A program made the position numbers and the translations under genes. Shown piece by piece: positions 8,149-17,804 of a stretch of DNA of 56,677 nt; positions within the stretch are counted from its first letter, which is position 1; each line of letters opens with the position of its first letter. The notes beneath the pieces are model-generated. The model worked only from the letters and a program-made list of their open reading frames with translations, was not told the origin of the DNA and did not search any database. Source of the stretch: Anaerolineales bacterium (GTDB lineage Bacteria > Chloroflexota > Anaerolineae > Anaerolineales > UBA11858); assembly GCA_016783125.1 (NCBI GenBank), contig JADHXE010000002.1, forward strand, positions 1 to 56,677. Reading direction: 5' to 3'.

Positions 8149-9114
8149 ATGACCCAGACTCCCCCAAAAAAACTCGCTGTCGTCGCCATTGGTGGTAACT
8201 CACTAATCAAAGATAAAAAACACAGTACGGTCGAAGACCAATACGAGGCTGCCAAAGAGACAACCTATCATATCGCTGACATGATCGAAGCTGGCTGGGA
8301 TGTTGCCATTGGTCATGGCAATGGTCCCCAGGTTGGCTTTATTTTACGCAGGTCGGAGATTGCGGCCAAAGTTGAAGGGATGCATGAAATCCCCCTGGAA
8401 GTTTGCGGGGCTGATAGCCAGGGCGCGATTGGTTATTCCCTGCAACAGACTTTGCAGAACGAGCTTGCCCGGCGTGGTATCCATAAACCTGTCGCCACCG
8501 TTGTTACCCAGGTGGCGGTAGACTCCAATGATCCCGCTTTTCAGGATCCAGCCAAGCCCATCGGCAGCTTTATGGATGAGAGCGAAGCCTCTACCCGTCA
8601 GGCTGATCTCGGATGGAGCGTGGTGGAAGATGCTGGCCGCGGCTGGCGTCGAGTGGTTCCTTCACCTAAGCCGATAGAAGTCATCGAACTTCCCGCGGTG
8701 AAGGCTCTTCTTCAAGCGGGTACTGCGGTGATCACTGTTGGCGGCGGCGGCATCCCCGTTGTGGATACAGGGGATCGTCAATTCGCCGGGGTTGCTGCTG
8801 TGATCGATAAAGATTTCGCCAGCAGTTTGTTAGCCCGAGAGATCGGCGCTGACCTTCTGCTTATCTCGACTGCTGTTGAGAAGGTAGCTTTGAATTTTGG
8901 TAAGCCCGACGAAAAGTGGATTGATAAAATGACTCTTGCTGAAGCCAAGCAATATCTGGCGGAGGGCACTCACTTTGCCAAAGGGTCCATGGCTCCCAAA
9001 ATCGAAGCCATCATCTGGTTCCTGGAGACTGGCGGTAAGCAGGCGCTGATTACAGACCCTGAAAATATCGGACGCGCTTTGCGCGGCGAAACTGGTACTT
9101 GGATCACGCCCTAG
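8149..9114 (+). CDS. arcC: Carbamate kinase
   Basis: KKLAVVAIGGNSL, GHGNGPQVG, length about 320 aa, AAGGA RBS. Confidence 0.9.
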   Translation: MTQTPPKKLAVVAIGGNSLIKDKKHSTVEDQYEAAKETTYHIADMIEAGWDVAIGHGNGPQVGFILRRSEIAAKVEGMHEIPLEVCGADSQGAIGYSLQQTLQNELARRGIHKPVATVVTQVAVDSNDPAFQDPAKPIGSFMDESEASTRQADLGWSVVEDAGRGWRRVVPSPKPIEVIELPAVKALLQAGTAVITVGGGGIPVVDTGDRQFAGVAAVIDKDFASSLLAREIGADLLLISTAVEKVALNFGKPDEKWIDKMTLAEAKQYLAEGTHFAKGSMAPKIEAIIWFLETGGKQALITDPENIGRALRGETGTWITP

Positions 9115-9250
9115 GTTATAATATCTGTATGAGCTTTTTTCAGGCAAGATGACCTGAGAGAGGAGGTGCCAACCCCAAAAAAATATATCCATATCTCAAT
9201 AAGAATATCGTTCATATTTCTATCAAGTGAAATTTCGGAGGAGTTTAATC

Positions 9251-10510
9251 ATGAAGAATAAAGTGTTTTGGCTTTTTAGTATTTTGCTCATCGCGGCGAT
9301 GCTGCTGACCGCTTGTGGCACCACGGAAGAGGCCCCGGCAGCCGAAGAGCCTGCTGCAGAAGAGCCCGCTGCAGAAGAACCTGCAGAAGCAGGTAGCCTG
9401 CAAATCCCAGATGTTAAAGAAGGCAAATTCAATGTTGCAGTAGTGATGCTCAGCAACCATGATGATGGTGGCTGGTCCCAGGCACAATGGGATGGCATCA
9501 ACTATGTTCAGGATAATGTTGATGGTGTTCACACCGCATACATGGAACTGGTAGCAGAAGGTGCCGATTCCGAGCAGGTATTCCGTGCGCTTTCCCGCAA
9601 GGGGTTTGACCTGATCTTCGGTGGTTCATTCGGCTACATGGACTCCATGGAAGTTGTCGCTGAGGAATTCCCCGAAATTGGGTATGTCCACATCAGCGGC
9701 TACAAGTCCAATATGTCCAACTTCGGCAATCTGTTTGGCGCTATGGAAGATATGAAATACCTGGCCGGGATGTTGGCCGGTTCGCGCGCTGAGGCCGATG
9801 GCGCTGACAAAGTCGGTGGAATGGCTACTTTCACGATTCCCGAAGAGTTTCGCCTGTTCAATGCTTATGCTTTAGGGGTTCAGCAGACTTGCCCAGATTG
9901 TTCAGTGGATATCCGCTGGATCAACACCTGGCATGACCCGATTATCGAGCGTGAAGGTGCAGATTCGCTCTTTGACGCCGGTTCCCATGTTGTCATGACT
10001 GGTGCCGACACGCCCGCCGCTGCTTTGGCTGCCGCGGACCGCGAAGGTGTCTATGGCATCAACTACGACTGGATTGGTGGATGCACCATCGATGCATGCC
10101 TGACCGCCCCCTATTGGGTTTGGGGTCCGGTGTTCGCCGAGATCAGCGAAGCAGCCATGAATGGAACTTATGAGTACGGCTGGCACTACTTCGAGGCCTC
10201 CGACGGTGGTTTGGGCCTCTACGGCTTCATGGAAGGTCAAGAGCCTCAGCCTGGTATTGCTGACCTGCCCGAAGAAGATGTCCAATTGGTACGTGACACG
10301 TTGGCTGCGATGTTGGCTGGCGAGTTCACCCGCTTTGATATCTTCAAAGGCCCCATCACCGACAATAAGGGTGATCTGGTTATCGAAGAGGGCAAGAGCT
10401 TTGAGTACAGCGATATCGACCAATTTGCACCTGGAGCACCCGGCTTGGAATGTGAGTACGGTATGTTCTGGTGGAATGAGAACATTAACGCTGAACTTCC
10501 CGATCTCTAG
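9251..10510 (+). CDS. BMP-family (PnrA/Med-like) ABC substrate-binding lipoprotein, probably nucleoside/purine
   Basis: Signal peptide + lipobox LLTACG, (EEPAA)x4 linker encoded by 15-nt tandem repeats, BMP-like body. ATG 9251 follows GGAGGA; the ORF track starts at GTG 9227. Confidence 0.8.
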   Translation: MKNKVFWLFSILLIAAMLLTACGTTEEAPAAEEPAAEEPAAEEPAEAGSLQIPDVKEGKFNVAVVMLSNHDDGGWSQAQWDGINYVQDNVDGVHTAYMELVAEGADSEQVFRALSRKGFDLIFGGSFGYMDSMEVVAEEFPEIGYVHISGYKSNMSNFGNLFGAMEDMKYLAGMLAGSRAEADGADKVGGMATFTIPEEFRLFNAYALGVQQTCPDCSVDIRWINTWHDPIIEREGADSLFDAGSHVVMTGADTPAAALAAADREGVYGINYDWIGGCTIDACLTAPYWVWGPVFAEISEAAMNGTYEYGWHYFEASDGGLGLYGFMEGQEPQPGIADLPEEDVQLVRDTLAAMLAGEFTRFDIFKGPITDNKGDLVIEEGKSFEYSDIDQFAPGAPGLECEYGMFWWNENINAELPDL

Positions 10511-10526
10511 AAATTAGTGTTTCTCA

Positions 10527-10614
10527 GGGTGACCAGAGCATTCTGGTCACCCAACCCTGCGCGAGCGGACGCATTCTAATCGTCCGCTCGCCACCCCAAT
10601 TCCCTTGAATTGGG
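10527..10614 (+). promoter_or_regulatory. Three consecutive stem-loops downstream of the binding-protein gene (attenuator / mRNA-stabiliser candidate)
   Basis: gggtgaccaga-gcat-tctggtcaccc (10527-10552); gcgagcggacg-cattctaat-cgtccgctcgc (10561-10591); cccaattc-cctt-gaattggg (10595-10614); no T-run after any of them. Confidence 0.55.
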
Positions 10615-10749
10615 AAAAAATCAAAAAGACAGTTTTATTTCCGAATAAACGATTGCAAACCGAGTGCGGGAGCACTGGGAATATTCTCTGCAATTCTCTC
10701 TTTTATTTTTTGCTCTCTCTTCTCCTAATCGAAAGCGGTGCTAATAACT

Positions 10750-12306
10750 ATGAATCAAGAGAAATTGTCTACCGAAACCGAGATTGTTGTCCGCATGAGT
10801 GGCGTTAGCAAGCGCTTCCCAGGCGTATTGGCCAATGATCAAGTTGATTTTGATCTCCGCAAGGGTGAAGTCCACGCCCTTCTAGGCGAGAATGGAGCTG
10901 GAAAAAGCACATTAATGAATGTGCTTGCAGGAATGTATCGCGCCGATGGTGGCACGATCACGGTTCATGATCAATTGGTTGATTTTGGTTCTCCACGTGA
11001 AGCCATTGAGGCAGGTATCGGTATGGTTCACCAGCATTTCATGCTGGTGCCATCCCAAAGTGTGACTGAGAATATCCTGCTTGGGTTAGATGAACCTCGA
11101 TTCAGGATGCATTTACCCCAATACAATCGAAAAATCGAGCAGATGGCTGAGCAATATGGGCTTCATGTTGATCCTGCTGCAAGAATCTGGCAGCTGACCG
11201 TGGGAGAGCAGCAGCGAGTTGAAATCCTGAAAATGCTTTATCGTGGGGCGGATGTCCTCATTATGGATGAGCCTACGGCGGTTTTGGCACCTAGTGAAAT
11301 CGATGAGTTGTTCAACACCCTCCGATCTATGACTGCCCAAGGGAAATCGATTGTGTTCATCAGCCATAAATTGCATGAGGTCATGGATATATCAGATCGC
11401 GTAACGGTTTTGCAAAAAGGGGCAGTGACATCATCGGGTGTCCCCACCGCAGATGTAACCCGTGCTGACCTGGCTCGCATGATGGTTGGGCGTGAAGTTG
11501 TTTTTAGAATTGATAAGAAGGATGTGGAAATCGGGGACGTAGTGCTCTCTGTGGAAGGCCTGAAAGCAGATAACGAGAAAGGCTTACCGGCACTGCGTGG
11601 TGTAGATCTAAATGTGCACGCCGGTGAGATTGTTGGTCTAGCCGGGGTGGCTGGAAATGGACAAAGCGAACTGTCCGAGACACTGGCTGGTTTACGAGAA
11701 GCCTTGGATGGGAAGGTGATGGTTCATGGTGAAGACGTTACCAACAAATCGGTGAAATCAGGAATTCGCCAAGGTATCTCTCTAGTTCCAGCTGATCGCA
11801 CCCTTGTTGGGACTGCGCCCAATTTGAGCGTTACGGACAATGTGATCATGAAGAACTATGATCAATCGCCCATTGGACATGGTTGGATGGTCAACTCCAC
11901 CGAAGCGGGTAATTACGCCACTGAGCTAAAAGATGATTACGATATCATGGTTCCGACCATTGATACCTCAGTCAGATTGCTTTCAGGAGGCAATTTGCAG
12001 AAAGTGATCTTGGCGCGAGAAATATCAAGCGATCCAAAATTGATGATTGCAGTTCAGCCAACCCGTGGCCTGGATGTTGGCGCGATTGAAGGTGTCCAAA
12101 AATTGTTACTCGAACAGCGCGAATCTGGGGCTGCGATTCTGTTGATATCGGAAGAATTAGAAGAGCTCTTGTCTTTGAGTGATCGCATCTATGTCATCTA
12201 TGAAGGGGAGATCATGGGCGAAGTTTTAGATGGCGATATCGATAAAATAGGTCAAATGATGACAGGTACTCGATTGGAGCAGATCGATACCCAAGGAGAT
12301 GCATGA
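10750..12306 (+). CDS. ABC transporter ATP-binding protein with duplicated ATPase domains
   Basis: Walker A GENGAGKST and GVAGNGQSE; signatures LTVGEQQRV and LSGGNLQKV; Walker B LIMDEPT. Confidence 0.9.
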   Translation: MNQEKLSTETEIVVRMSGVSKRFPGVLANDQVDFDLRKGEVHALLGENGAGKSTLMNVLAGMYRADGGTITVHDQLVDFGSPREAIEAGIGMVHQHFMLVPSQSVTENILLGLDEPRFRMHLPQYNRKIEQMAEQYGLHVDPAARIWQLTVGEQQRVEILKMLYRGADVLIMDEPTAVLAPSEIDELFNTLRSMTAQGKSIVFISHKLHEVMDISDRVTVLQKGAVTSSGVPTADVTRADLARMMVGREVVFRIDKKDVEIGDVVLSVEGLKADNEKGLPALRGVDLNVHAGEIVGLAGVAGNGQSELSETLAGLREALDGKVMVHGEDVTNKSVKSGIRQGISLVPADRTLVGTAPNLSVTDNVIMKNYDQSPIGHGWMVNSTEAGNYATELKDDYDIMVPTIDTSVRLLSGGNLQKVILAREISSDPKLMIAVQPTRGLDVGAIEGVQKLLLEQRESGAAILLISEELEELLSLSDRIYVIYEGEIMGEVLDGDIDKIGQMMTGTRLEQIDTQGDA

Positions 12307-13441
12307 TATGACGGATACAGACATGAAAAAATCTGCTTCGAGGTTTAAGTTACCGTTCAGTGTGAAGATCGAGCCACGTGTTGACGATCCGCCTAAATGG
12401 TTTTCGCCGATGCTGTCGGTCATCGCGGTGGTTTTTGCATTATTAATCGGTGCCTTGGTGATTTGGTTGGGCGGAGGCGAGCCCTGGAAAGCTTACGCCC
12501 ATATCGCCAGATATTCATTTGGGAGCGTGGGGGTGCTATCAGACACAATGGTGAAGGCCATCCCGTTGATGCTTGTTGGTCTGGCATGTTCATTGGCTTT
12601 CAGGATGAAATTGTGGAATATCGGTGCCGAGGGGCAATTCTACTTGGGCGCCTTTGGAGCCAGCATGATCGTCTTGTTGCCGGTTTTGCCGGAAGATGCG
12701 CCAAAGTGGTTGTTCATCATAACCATGATCATCTCCGGCATGCTCTTTGGCGCCTTATGGGGTTTCATCCCCGGGTTCTTGAAGGCCAAGTATAACGTCA
12801 ATGAGATCATCTCGACATTGATGATGAATTATATTGCCATCGAATGGAACAACTACTTCATTTATGCGGTCTGGTCTGAAGGTGGCTTTCAGATGTCGCG
12901 CATGTTCCAGCGCAATGCCTGGCTGCCGCGCTTTTCCGATCTTGGCAAGACAATCCCCTTCTTTCGAGGTCTAACCACCCATATGGGTTTGCTCTTTGCC
13001 ATCATCGCTGCTGTGATCCTGTGGTGGATTTTAGCCAAAAGCCAGTGGGGCTATGAGATCCGTCTGATCGGCGATAACCCGCGGGCCGCAGAATATGCCG
13101 GCGTTTCGATCAAAAAGAATGTGGTTTTGGTGATGATGCTTTCCGGCGCGCTGGCTGGTTTAGCAGGTATGTCTGAAATCACCGGGGTGGTGCACCGCTT
13201 GCAAGGCGCCATTTCACCTGGATACGGTTATACCGGCATTATCATCGCCTGGCTGGCTAAACTCAACCCTTTGGCGGTGATCCTGGTATCTATCCTATTC
13301 GGTGCCTTGATCCTGGCCGGACGAGAAGTTCAACCCTCGGGCATTCCCACATTGATCCAGGGTGTGATCATAGTTGCTTTGATTGCCAGTGATTACTTCT
13401 TGCGCAATCGGGTTTCCATCACGCGCCGTATGGAGGAGTAG
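12299..13441 (+). CDS. ABC transporter permease (first of two)
   Basis: Polytopic 380-aa ORF overlapping the ATPase stop by 8 nt; typical BMP/ribose-type permease context. Confidence 0.8.
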   Translation: MHDMTDTDMKKSASRFKLPFSVKIEPRVDDPPKWFSPMLSVIAVVFALLIGALVIWLGGGEPWKAYAHIARYSFGSVGVLSDTMVKAIPLMLVGLACSLAFRMKLWNIGAEGQFYLGAFGASMIVLLPVLPEDAPKWLFIITMIISGMLFGALWGFIPGFLKAKYNVNEIISTLMMNYIAIEWNNYFIYAVWSEGGFQMSRMFQRNAWLPRFSDLGKTIPFFRGLTTHMGLLFAIIAAVILWWILAKSQWGYEIRLIGDNPRAAEYAGVSIKKNVVLVMMLSGALAGLAGMSEITGVVHRLQGAISPGYGYTGIIIAWLAKLNPLAVILVSILFGALILAGREVQPSGIPTLIQGVIIVALIASDYFLRNRVSITRRMEE

Positions 13442-13443
13442 AT

Positions 13444-14418
13444 ATGGATTTTATTCTCATTATTCTAGCGTCTGGTGTTGCAACGGGGACAGTATTGCTT
13501 TATGCAACTGTGGGCGAAGCTTTTTCTGAACGATCTGGCATACTCAACTTGGGTGTGGAAGGCATGATGTTGATTGGCGCGATGACAGCCTATAAAGTGT
13601 CTGCCGCCACGAATAACCCCTGGCTGGGTTTGCTTGTCGCTATGTTCGCGGCCGGAGCCATCAGCCAGGTTCATGCTTTTATTACTATTACGCTTCAGTC
13701 AGATCAGGTCGTCAGCGGCCTGGCGCTGAACTTTCTGGCCATTGGCATCAGCCTGGTTTTGGGCGAAGGCCTGACCAGCCTCAGGGATGTCGTGCCATCG
13801 CTGCCTTCGTTTTCGATCCCCGTTTTGGTTCAAATTCCAATCCTGGGCAGAATCTTCTTCACAAACCAGAGTGTTATGGTGTATTTAGGCTTTATCTTTG
13901 TGCCGCTGGCCTGGTATTACATCAATCGCACTCGACCAGGGCTGCACCTGCGCGCTGTTGGAGAGTACCCTGCTGCGGCTGACACCCTTGGTATCGGTGT
14001 TTACTCGCTGCGTTACTTCTATGTATTCGTTGGTGGACTCCTGGCTGGTTTGGGTGGGGCGACAATCAGTTTGTCGATTTCCCCCGGTTGGTTTGGCGCA
14101 CTGACCACTGCCGGTCAAGGTTGGATTGCGATTGGTTTGGTGATCTTTGCCCAGTGGAATCCAGTACGAGCCGCCTTTGGCGCTTATACTTTTGGCGCCT
14201 TGCGTCGCTTGGTTCTGGATATTCAAGGGCCAGCCACATTATTGGGTTTTGCAAATCCATTTTTCTATAATCCACATAACGCCTTCTTCCTCAAGATGAT
14301 ACCTTTTGCCTTTACGATCGTTGTTTTGGTAATTGGTTCACGAGAAGCAAACCGCAAGCGTATTGGGACGCCATCCGCCCTGGGCCTGCCTTATATCCGC
14401 GGCCAGCGCGGTTTATAG
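13444..14418 (+). CDS. ABC transporter permease (second of two)
   Basis: Polytopic 324-aa ORF starting 2 nt after the previous stop. Confidence 0.8.
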   Translation: MDFILIILASGVATGTVLLYATVGEAFSERSGILNLGVEGMMLIGAMTAYKVSAATNNPWLGLLVAMFAAGAISQVHAFITITLQSDQVVSGLALNFLAIGISLVLGEGLTSLRDVVPSLPSFSIPVLVQIPILGRIFFTNQSVMVYLGFIFVPLAWYYINRTRPGLHLRAVGEYPAAADTLGIGVYSLRYFYVFVGGLLAGLGGATISLSISPGWFGALTTAGQGWIAIGLVIFAQWNPVRAAFGAYTFGALRRLVLDIQGPATLLGFANPFFYNPHNAFFLKMIPFAFTIVVLVIGSREANRKRIGTPSALGLPYIRGQRGL

Positions 14419-14449
14419 TTTGTTTTAGCTGTTTTACAGACGGACCAAT

Positions 14450-14506
14450 CCCCGAAAAAAGGGTGCAAGCAGGGGCGCGCTCCTGCCCGCCCCCTTTTTT
14501 TCGGGG
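14450..14506. repeat. Degenerate copy of the palindromic terminator-like repeat
   Basis: ccccgaaaaaaggg...gcagg-loop-cctgc...cccccttttttt-cgggg, between the permease stop and ade paralog 2. Confidence 0.65.
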
Positions 14507-14549
14507 AAATCCGTTCCAAGGCTGAATAGCTACAAAGTAAGTTGATACT

Positions 14550-16310
14550 ATGATCCTGACTTTAGATGAACGACGAAAGCTGATCCAAACTGGATTGGGG
14601 GATAGCCCTCTGGATTTGTTGATCGAAAACGTCCAGGTGGTCAATGTATACACGGGGCGCATCGAACTGGGTGCCATCGGCATTGTAGATGGACGCATCG
14701 TGACACCATATGCCCAAGGATACGACACTGAGCGTGTGGTGGATGGTGGCGGCCGTTTTGCCATGCCGGGCTTTTTTGATACCCATGTGCACATTGATTC
14801 GACCTTGGTTGTCCCGGAGAATTTATCTCACCTAATCGTGCCGCACGGCACGACGGTTATGCTGGCTGATCCTATGGAGATTGCCAACGTAGCCGGTTTA
14901 CCGGGTTTCAAGGCGCTGCTCAAAAACATCAACCAGTTACCCTATCACATCTTTTTGGAAGTCTCTTCGCGCGTACCCACCGCTCCCGGCCTGGAAACCA
15001 CTGGCGGCGAGTTGGATTTGCTAGATGTGCGCGAAATCTTGTGCTGGCCGGAGGCTGTCAGCCTGGGCGAGTTGGACCCCTCAAAAGTTTTGGAAATGCG
15101 TGATGAATATCTTTTGAAAGTCGAAGCAGCTCATACCCTTGGGAAGATTTGCAATGGCCACGCGGTTGGTCGCGTTGGAAAAGAACTGGTGGCTTATGCT
15201 TGCGGCGGTTTATCCGACGATCACGAATGCGTAGATTACGCTGAGGCCCTGACTCGTCTGCAACTGGGTATGGCTGTGTTGATCCGCGAGGGCAGCACCG
15301 AACGTAATTTAGACATGATCCTTAAAGGCATGGTCGCAGATGGATTCTACAATTCACCCCATCTCATGTTCTGTACCGACGATAAGCACCCCGATGAAAT
15401 TCTCGATGAGGGGCATATCGATTTTATGGTCAACCGCGCTATTGAGTTAGGTGTTCCTCCGGTCACGGCCATCCAGATGGCAACCATCAACGCTGCCAAG
15501 CATTTCCGCATCGAGCATATCGTAGGCAGCCTTTCCCCGGCGCGCTGGGCGGATATCATCCTGGCTGAGGATCTCGAGCACATCGTCCCGGGTGATGTTT
15601 ATGTCCGAGGTCAGCATATTGCCAGCGACGGCAAATTGATCGTCACGCTACCTGAGTCAGATTACCCGGATTGGCTTTATCAAACGGTGGATGTCACGCG
15701 CGGCAAACAGGCGAGTGATTTTGTGCTTGAGGTAAAAAGGGATAGCGCCAAGGTCTGGGTGATCGACCTTTACCCTGATCAGATCATTAATGAACAGATT
15801 CAGGCCGAACTACAGGTTGTCAATGGTTCTGTAATGTCAGATGTCTCGCGGGATATCATCAAGCTGGCTGTTGTCGAGCGGTATGGCAAGAATGGCAATA
15901 TCGGCATCACCTTTGTGCGCAGATTTGGCTTACAAAATGGTGCCCTGGCTTCGTCAGTTGCCCATGATCACCACAACATCATCGTTGCAGGTACCAATGA
16001 TGCTGATATGGCAGCCTGTGTACAGGCCATCGAAGAGATGCAAGGGGGATTAGCAATTGCCTCGGGTGGAGAAGTGTTAGGAAAACTCCCATTGCCCATC
16101 GGTGGCTTGATGAGCGAAGAACCCGTTGGCGAAATCATCCAAAATCTAGAAGAGATCAATAATATTTATAAATCTTTAGGCGGCACGCTGCCAGCGCCCT
16201 TCATGACGATTTCGTTCATTGGGTTGCCCACTGTCCCTCAGCTTGGTCTCACGGATATGGGATTGGTGGATGTGCTCGAACATATTCTGATTAGCCCCCT
16301 TGTAGATTGA
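14550..16310 (+). CDS. Adenine-deaminase-family amidohydrolase (paralog 2)
   Basis: FFDTHVHIDS metal site; C-terminal VAHDHHNIIVAG...LPIGGLMS domain collinear with paralog 1. Confidence 0.75.
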   Translation: MILTLDERRKLIQTGLGDSPLDLLIENVQVVNVYTGRIELGAIGIVDGRIVTPYAQGYDTERVVDGGGRFAMPGFFDTHVHIDSTLVVPENLSHLIVPHGTTVMLADPMEIANVAGLPGFKALLKNINQLPYHIFLEVSSRVPTAPGLETTGGELDLLDVREILCWPEAVSLGELDPSKVLEMRDEYLLKVEAAHTLGKICNGHAVGRVGKELVAYACGGLSDDHECVDYAEALTRLQLGMAVLIREGSTERNLDMILKGMVADGFYNSPHLMFCTDDKHPDEILDEGHIDFMVNRAIELGVPPVTAIQMATINAAKHFRIEHIVGSLSPARWADIILAEDLEHIVPGDVYVRGQHIASDGKLIVTLPESDYPDWLYQTVDVTRGKQASDFVLEVKRDSAKVWVIDLYPDQIINEQIQAELQVVNGSVMSDVSRDIIKLAVVERYGKNGNIGITFVRRFGLQNGALASSVAHDHHNIIVAGTNDADMAACVQAIEEMQGGLAIASGGEVLGKLPLPIGGLMSEEPVGEIIQNLEEINNIYKSLGGTLPAPFMTISFIGLPTVPQLGLTDMGLVDVLEHILISPLVD

Positions 16311-16329
16311 AATGGTTGAGGGGGAGGTA

Positions 16330-16384
16330 CCCCGAAAAAGGGTGTGCGTGGGGATCTACGTCCCCACGCACACCCTTTTTCGGG
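16330..16384. terminator. Canonical copy of the palindromic repeat (bidirectional intrinsic-terminator-like)
   Basis: cccgaaaaagggtgtgcgtgggga-tctacg-tccccacgcacaccctttttcggg: perfect 24-nt arms, GC stem flanked by A5 on the left and T5 on the right. Confidence 0.75.
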
Positions 16385-16455
16385 AACTTTCTAGATATGG
16401 CTGAACAATTACTTTGAATGGTTTATTGAGAAGAATCCAGATGGAGTAAATACCT

Positions 16456-17325
16456 ATGCTGGAATTTGATTTTTTGACACCCAACAGACTGGATGAATCG
16501 ACGGCCATCTTAGAAGAGACTGGTGGGTGCATCCTTGCTGGCGGCACCGATCTGATCCCCAAGATGCGCAACGATCTCTTTTTCGCCCCAATTCTTGTGG
16601 ATCTGAGCAATATTGATGAGTTAAGTTTTATCGAAGAAAAAGATGACCAGATCGTTATTGGCGCGCTGACAACCCACCAAGCTATTGCTGAGTCTGCGTT
16701 GTTGAAATCTACCAACCCAGCATTGGTTACTGCGGCAGGGACCGTGGGGTGTGTCCAGACCCGCAATCGGGGTACTTTGGGCGGCAATATCGCCAATGCC
16801 TCCCCGGCGGCGGATAGCGTGCCACCGCTGCTGGTTTACGATGCCCAGATTCGTTTGCTAAACAAGGCTGGCGAGCGCACGATGCCATTGACGGAATTTC
16901 TCGTCGGGCCAGGAATGACAAAGCTGGAGTCTGGCGAATTGATCCACAGTGTATCGTTTTCCCAATTGCAGGGCGCTTGGGGGGGTGCTTTCCAGAAGTT
17001 GGGGGTGCGCAATGGCATGGCGATTGCGGTGGTCAGTGTTGCAGCCGCGATTGTGTTAGATGCGTCCGGGAAAGTCTCGGATACCAGACTGGCCTTAGGG
17101 TCTGTGGCCTCAACGGTTGTACGCAGCCCAAAGGCTGAATCGGCGCTTATCGGGCACGAACCAACTCCAGAGGTCGTCAGCCGGGCCGCTGAAGCCTGCG
17201 CGGAGGACATATCCCCGATCAGCGATGTGCGCTCGACAGCGGAGTATCGTAGACACGCAGCCATCGTTTTGGCTCGTCGAGTTCTTGAACAGGCCGCAGC
17301 CGAAGCTAGAGGGAGATTGGTGTGA
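16456..17325 (+). CDS. Molybdenum-hydroxylase FAD-binding subunit (XdhB/CoxM-like)
   Basis: LAGGTDLIPKMR FAD motif; 289 aa; GTGA overlap with the next gene. Confidence 0.85.
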   Translation: MLEFDFLTPNRLDESTAILEETGGCILAGGTDLIPKMRNDLFFAPILVDLSNIDELSFIEEKDDQIVIGALTTHQAIAESALLKSTNPALVTAAGTVGCVQTRNRGTLGGNIANASPAADSVPPLLVYDAQIRLLNKAGERTMPLTEFLVGPGMTKLESGELIHSVSFSQLQGAWGGAFQKLGVRNGMAIAVVSVAAAIVLDASGKVSDTRLALGSVASTVVRSPKAESALIGHEPTPEVVSRAAEACAEDISPISDVRSTAEYRRHAAIVLARRVLEQAAAEARGRLV

Positions 17326-17801
17326 AATCGATCCAGGCAACTTTTGAAATCAATGGGCACGAGGTCACTCTTAGCAGCGCGCCCAATCGCACCCTGCTGG
17401 AAGTGTTGCGCCAAGACCTGGGCTTGACCGGTGCCAAGGACGCCTGCGGTGGTGAGGGGGAATGCGGCGCTTGCACGGTGATCATGGATGGCAAAGCGGT
17501 AAACTCGTGTCTGGTGTTTATTGGGCAGGTTCAAGGCTGCTCGATTGAGACAATTGAGGGATTATCAGGTAATGGTGATCTGCATCCCTTACAGCGGGCA
17601 TTTGTAGAAGTGGGCGCAGTTCAGTGTGGTTACTGCACCCCAGGTGTAATCATGGCTTCCAAAGCTTTACTGAATGAAAACCCTCACCCAAGCGATGAAG
17701 ATATCCGTGAGGGCTTGTCCGGCAATCTCTGCCGATGCACTGGCTATGTCAAGATCGTCGATGCCGTGCGCATTGCTGCAGAGCAGCAACCGAGGAGATG
17801 A
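17322..17801 (+). CDS. Molybdenum-hydroxylase [2Fe-2S] small subunit (CoxS-like)
   Basis: CGGEGECGACTV and CGYCTPG...CRCTGY cluster motifs. Confidence 0.9.
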   Translation: MKSIQATFEINGHEVTLSSAPNRTLLEVLRQDLGLTGAKDACGGEGECGACTVIMDGKAVNSCLVFIGQVQGCSIETIEGLSGNGDLHPLQRAFVEVGAVQCGYCTPGVIMASKALLNENPHPSDEDIREGLSGNLCRCTGYVKIVDAVRIAAEQQPRR

Positions 17802-17804
17802 GCC

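Noticed and set aside
9337-9390. Tandem 15-nt repeat (gcWgaagaRccYgcW) as a non-coding repeat
   Set aside because: It is in frame and encodes the (EEPAA)n linker after the lipobox of the binding protein. This is an ordinary lipoprotein tether.
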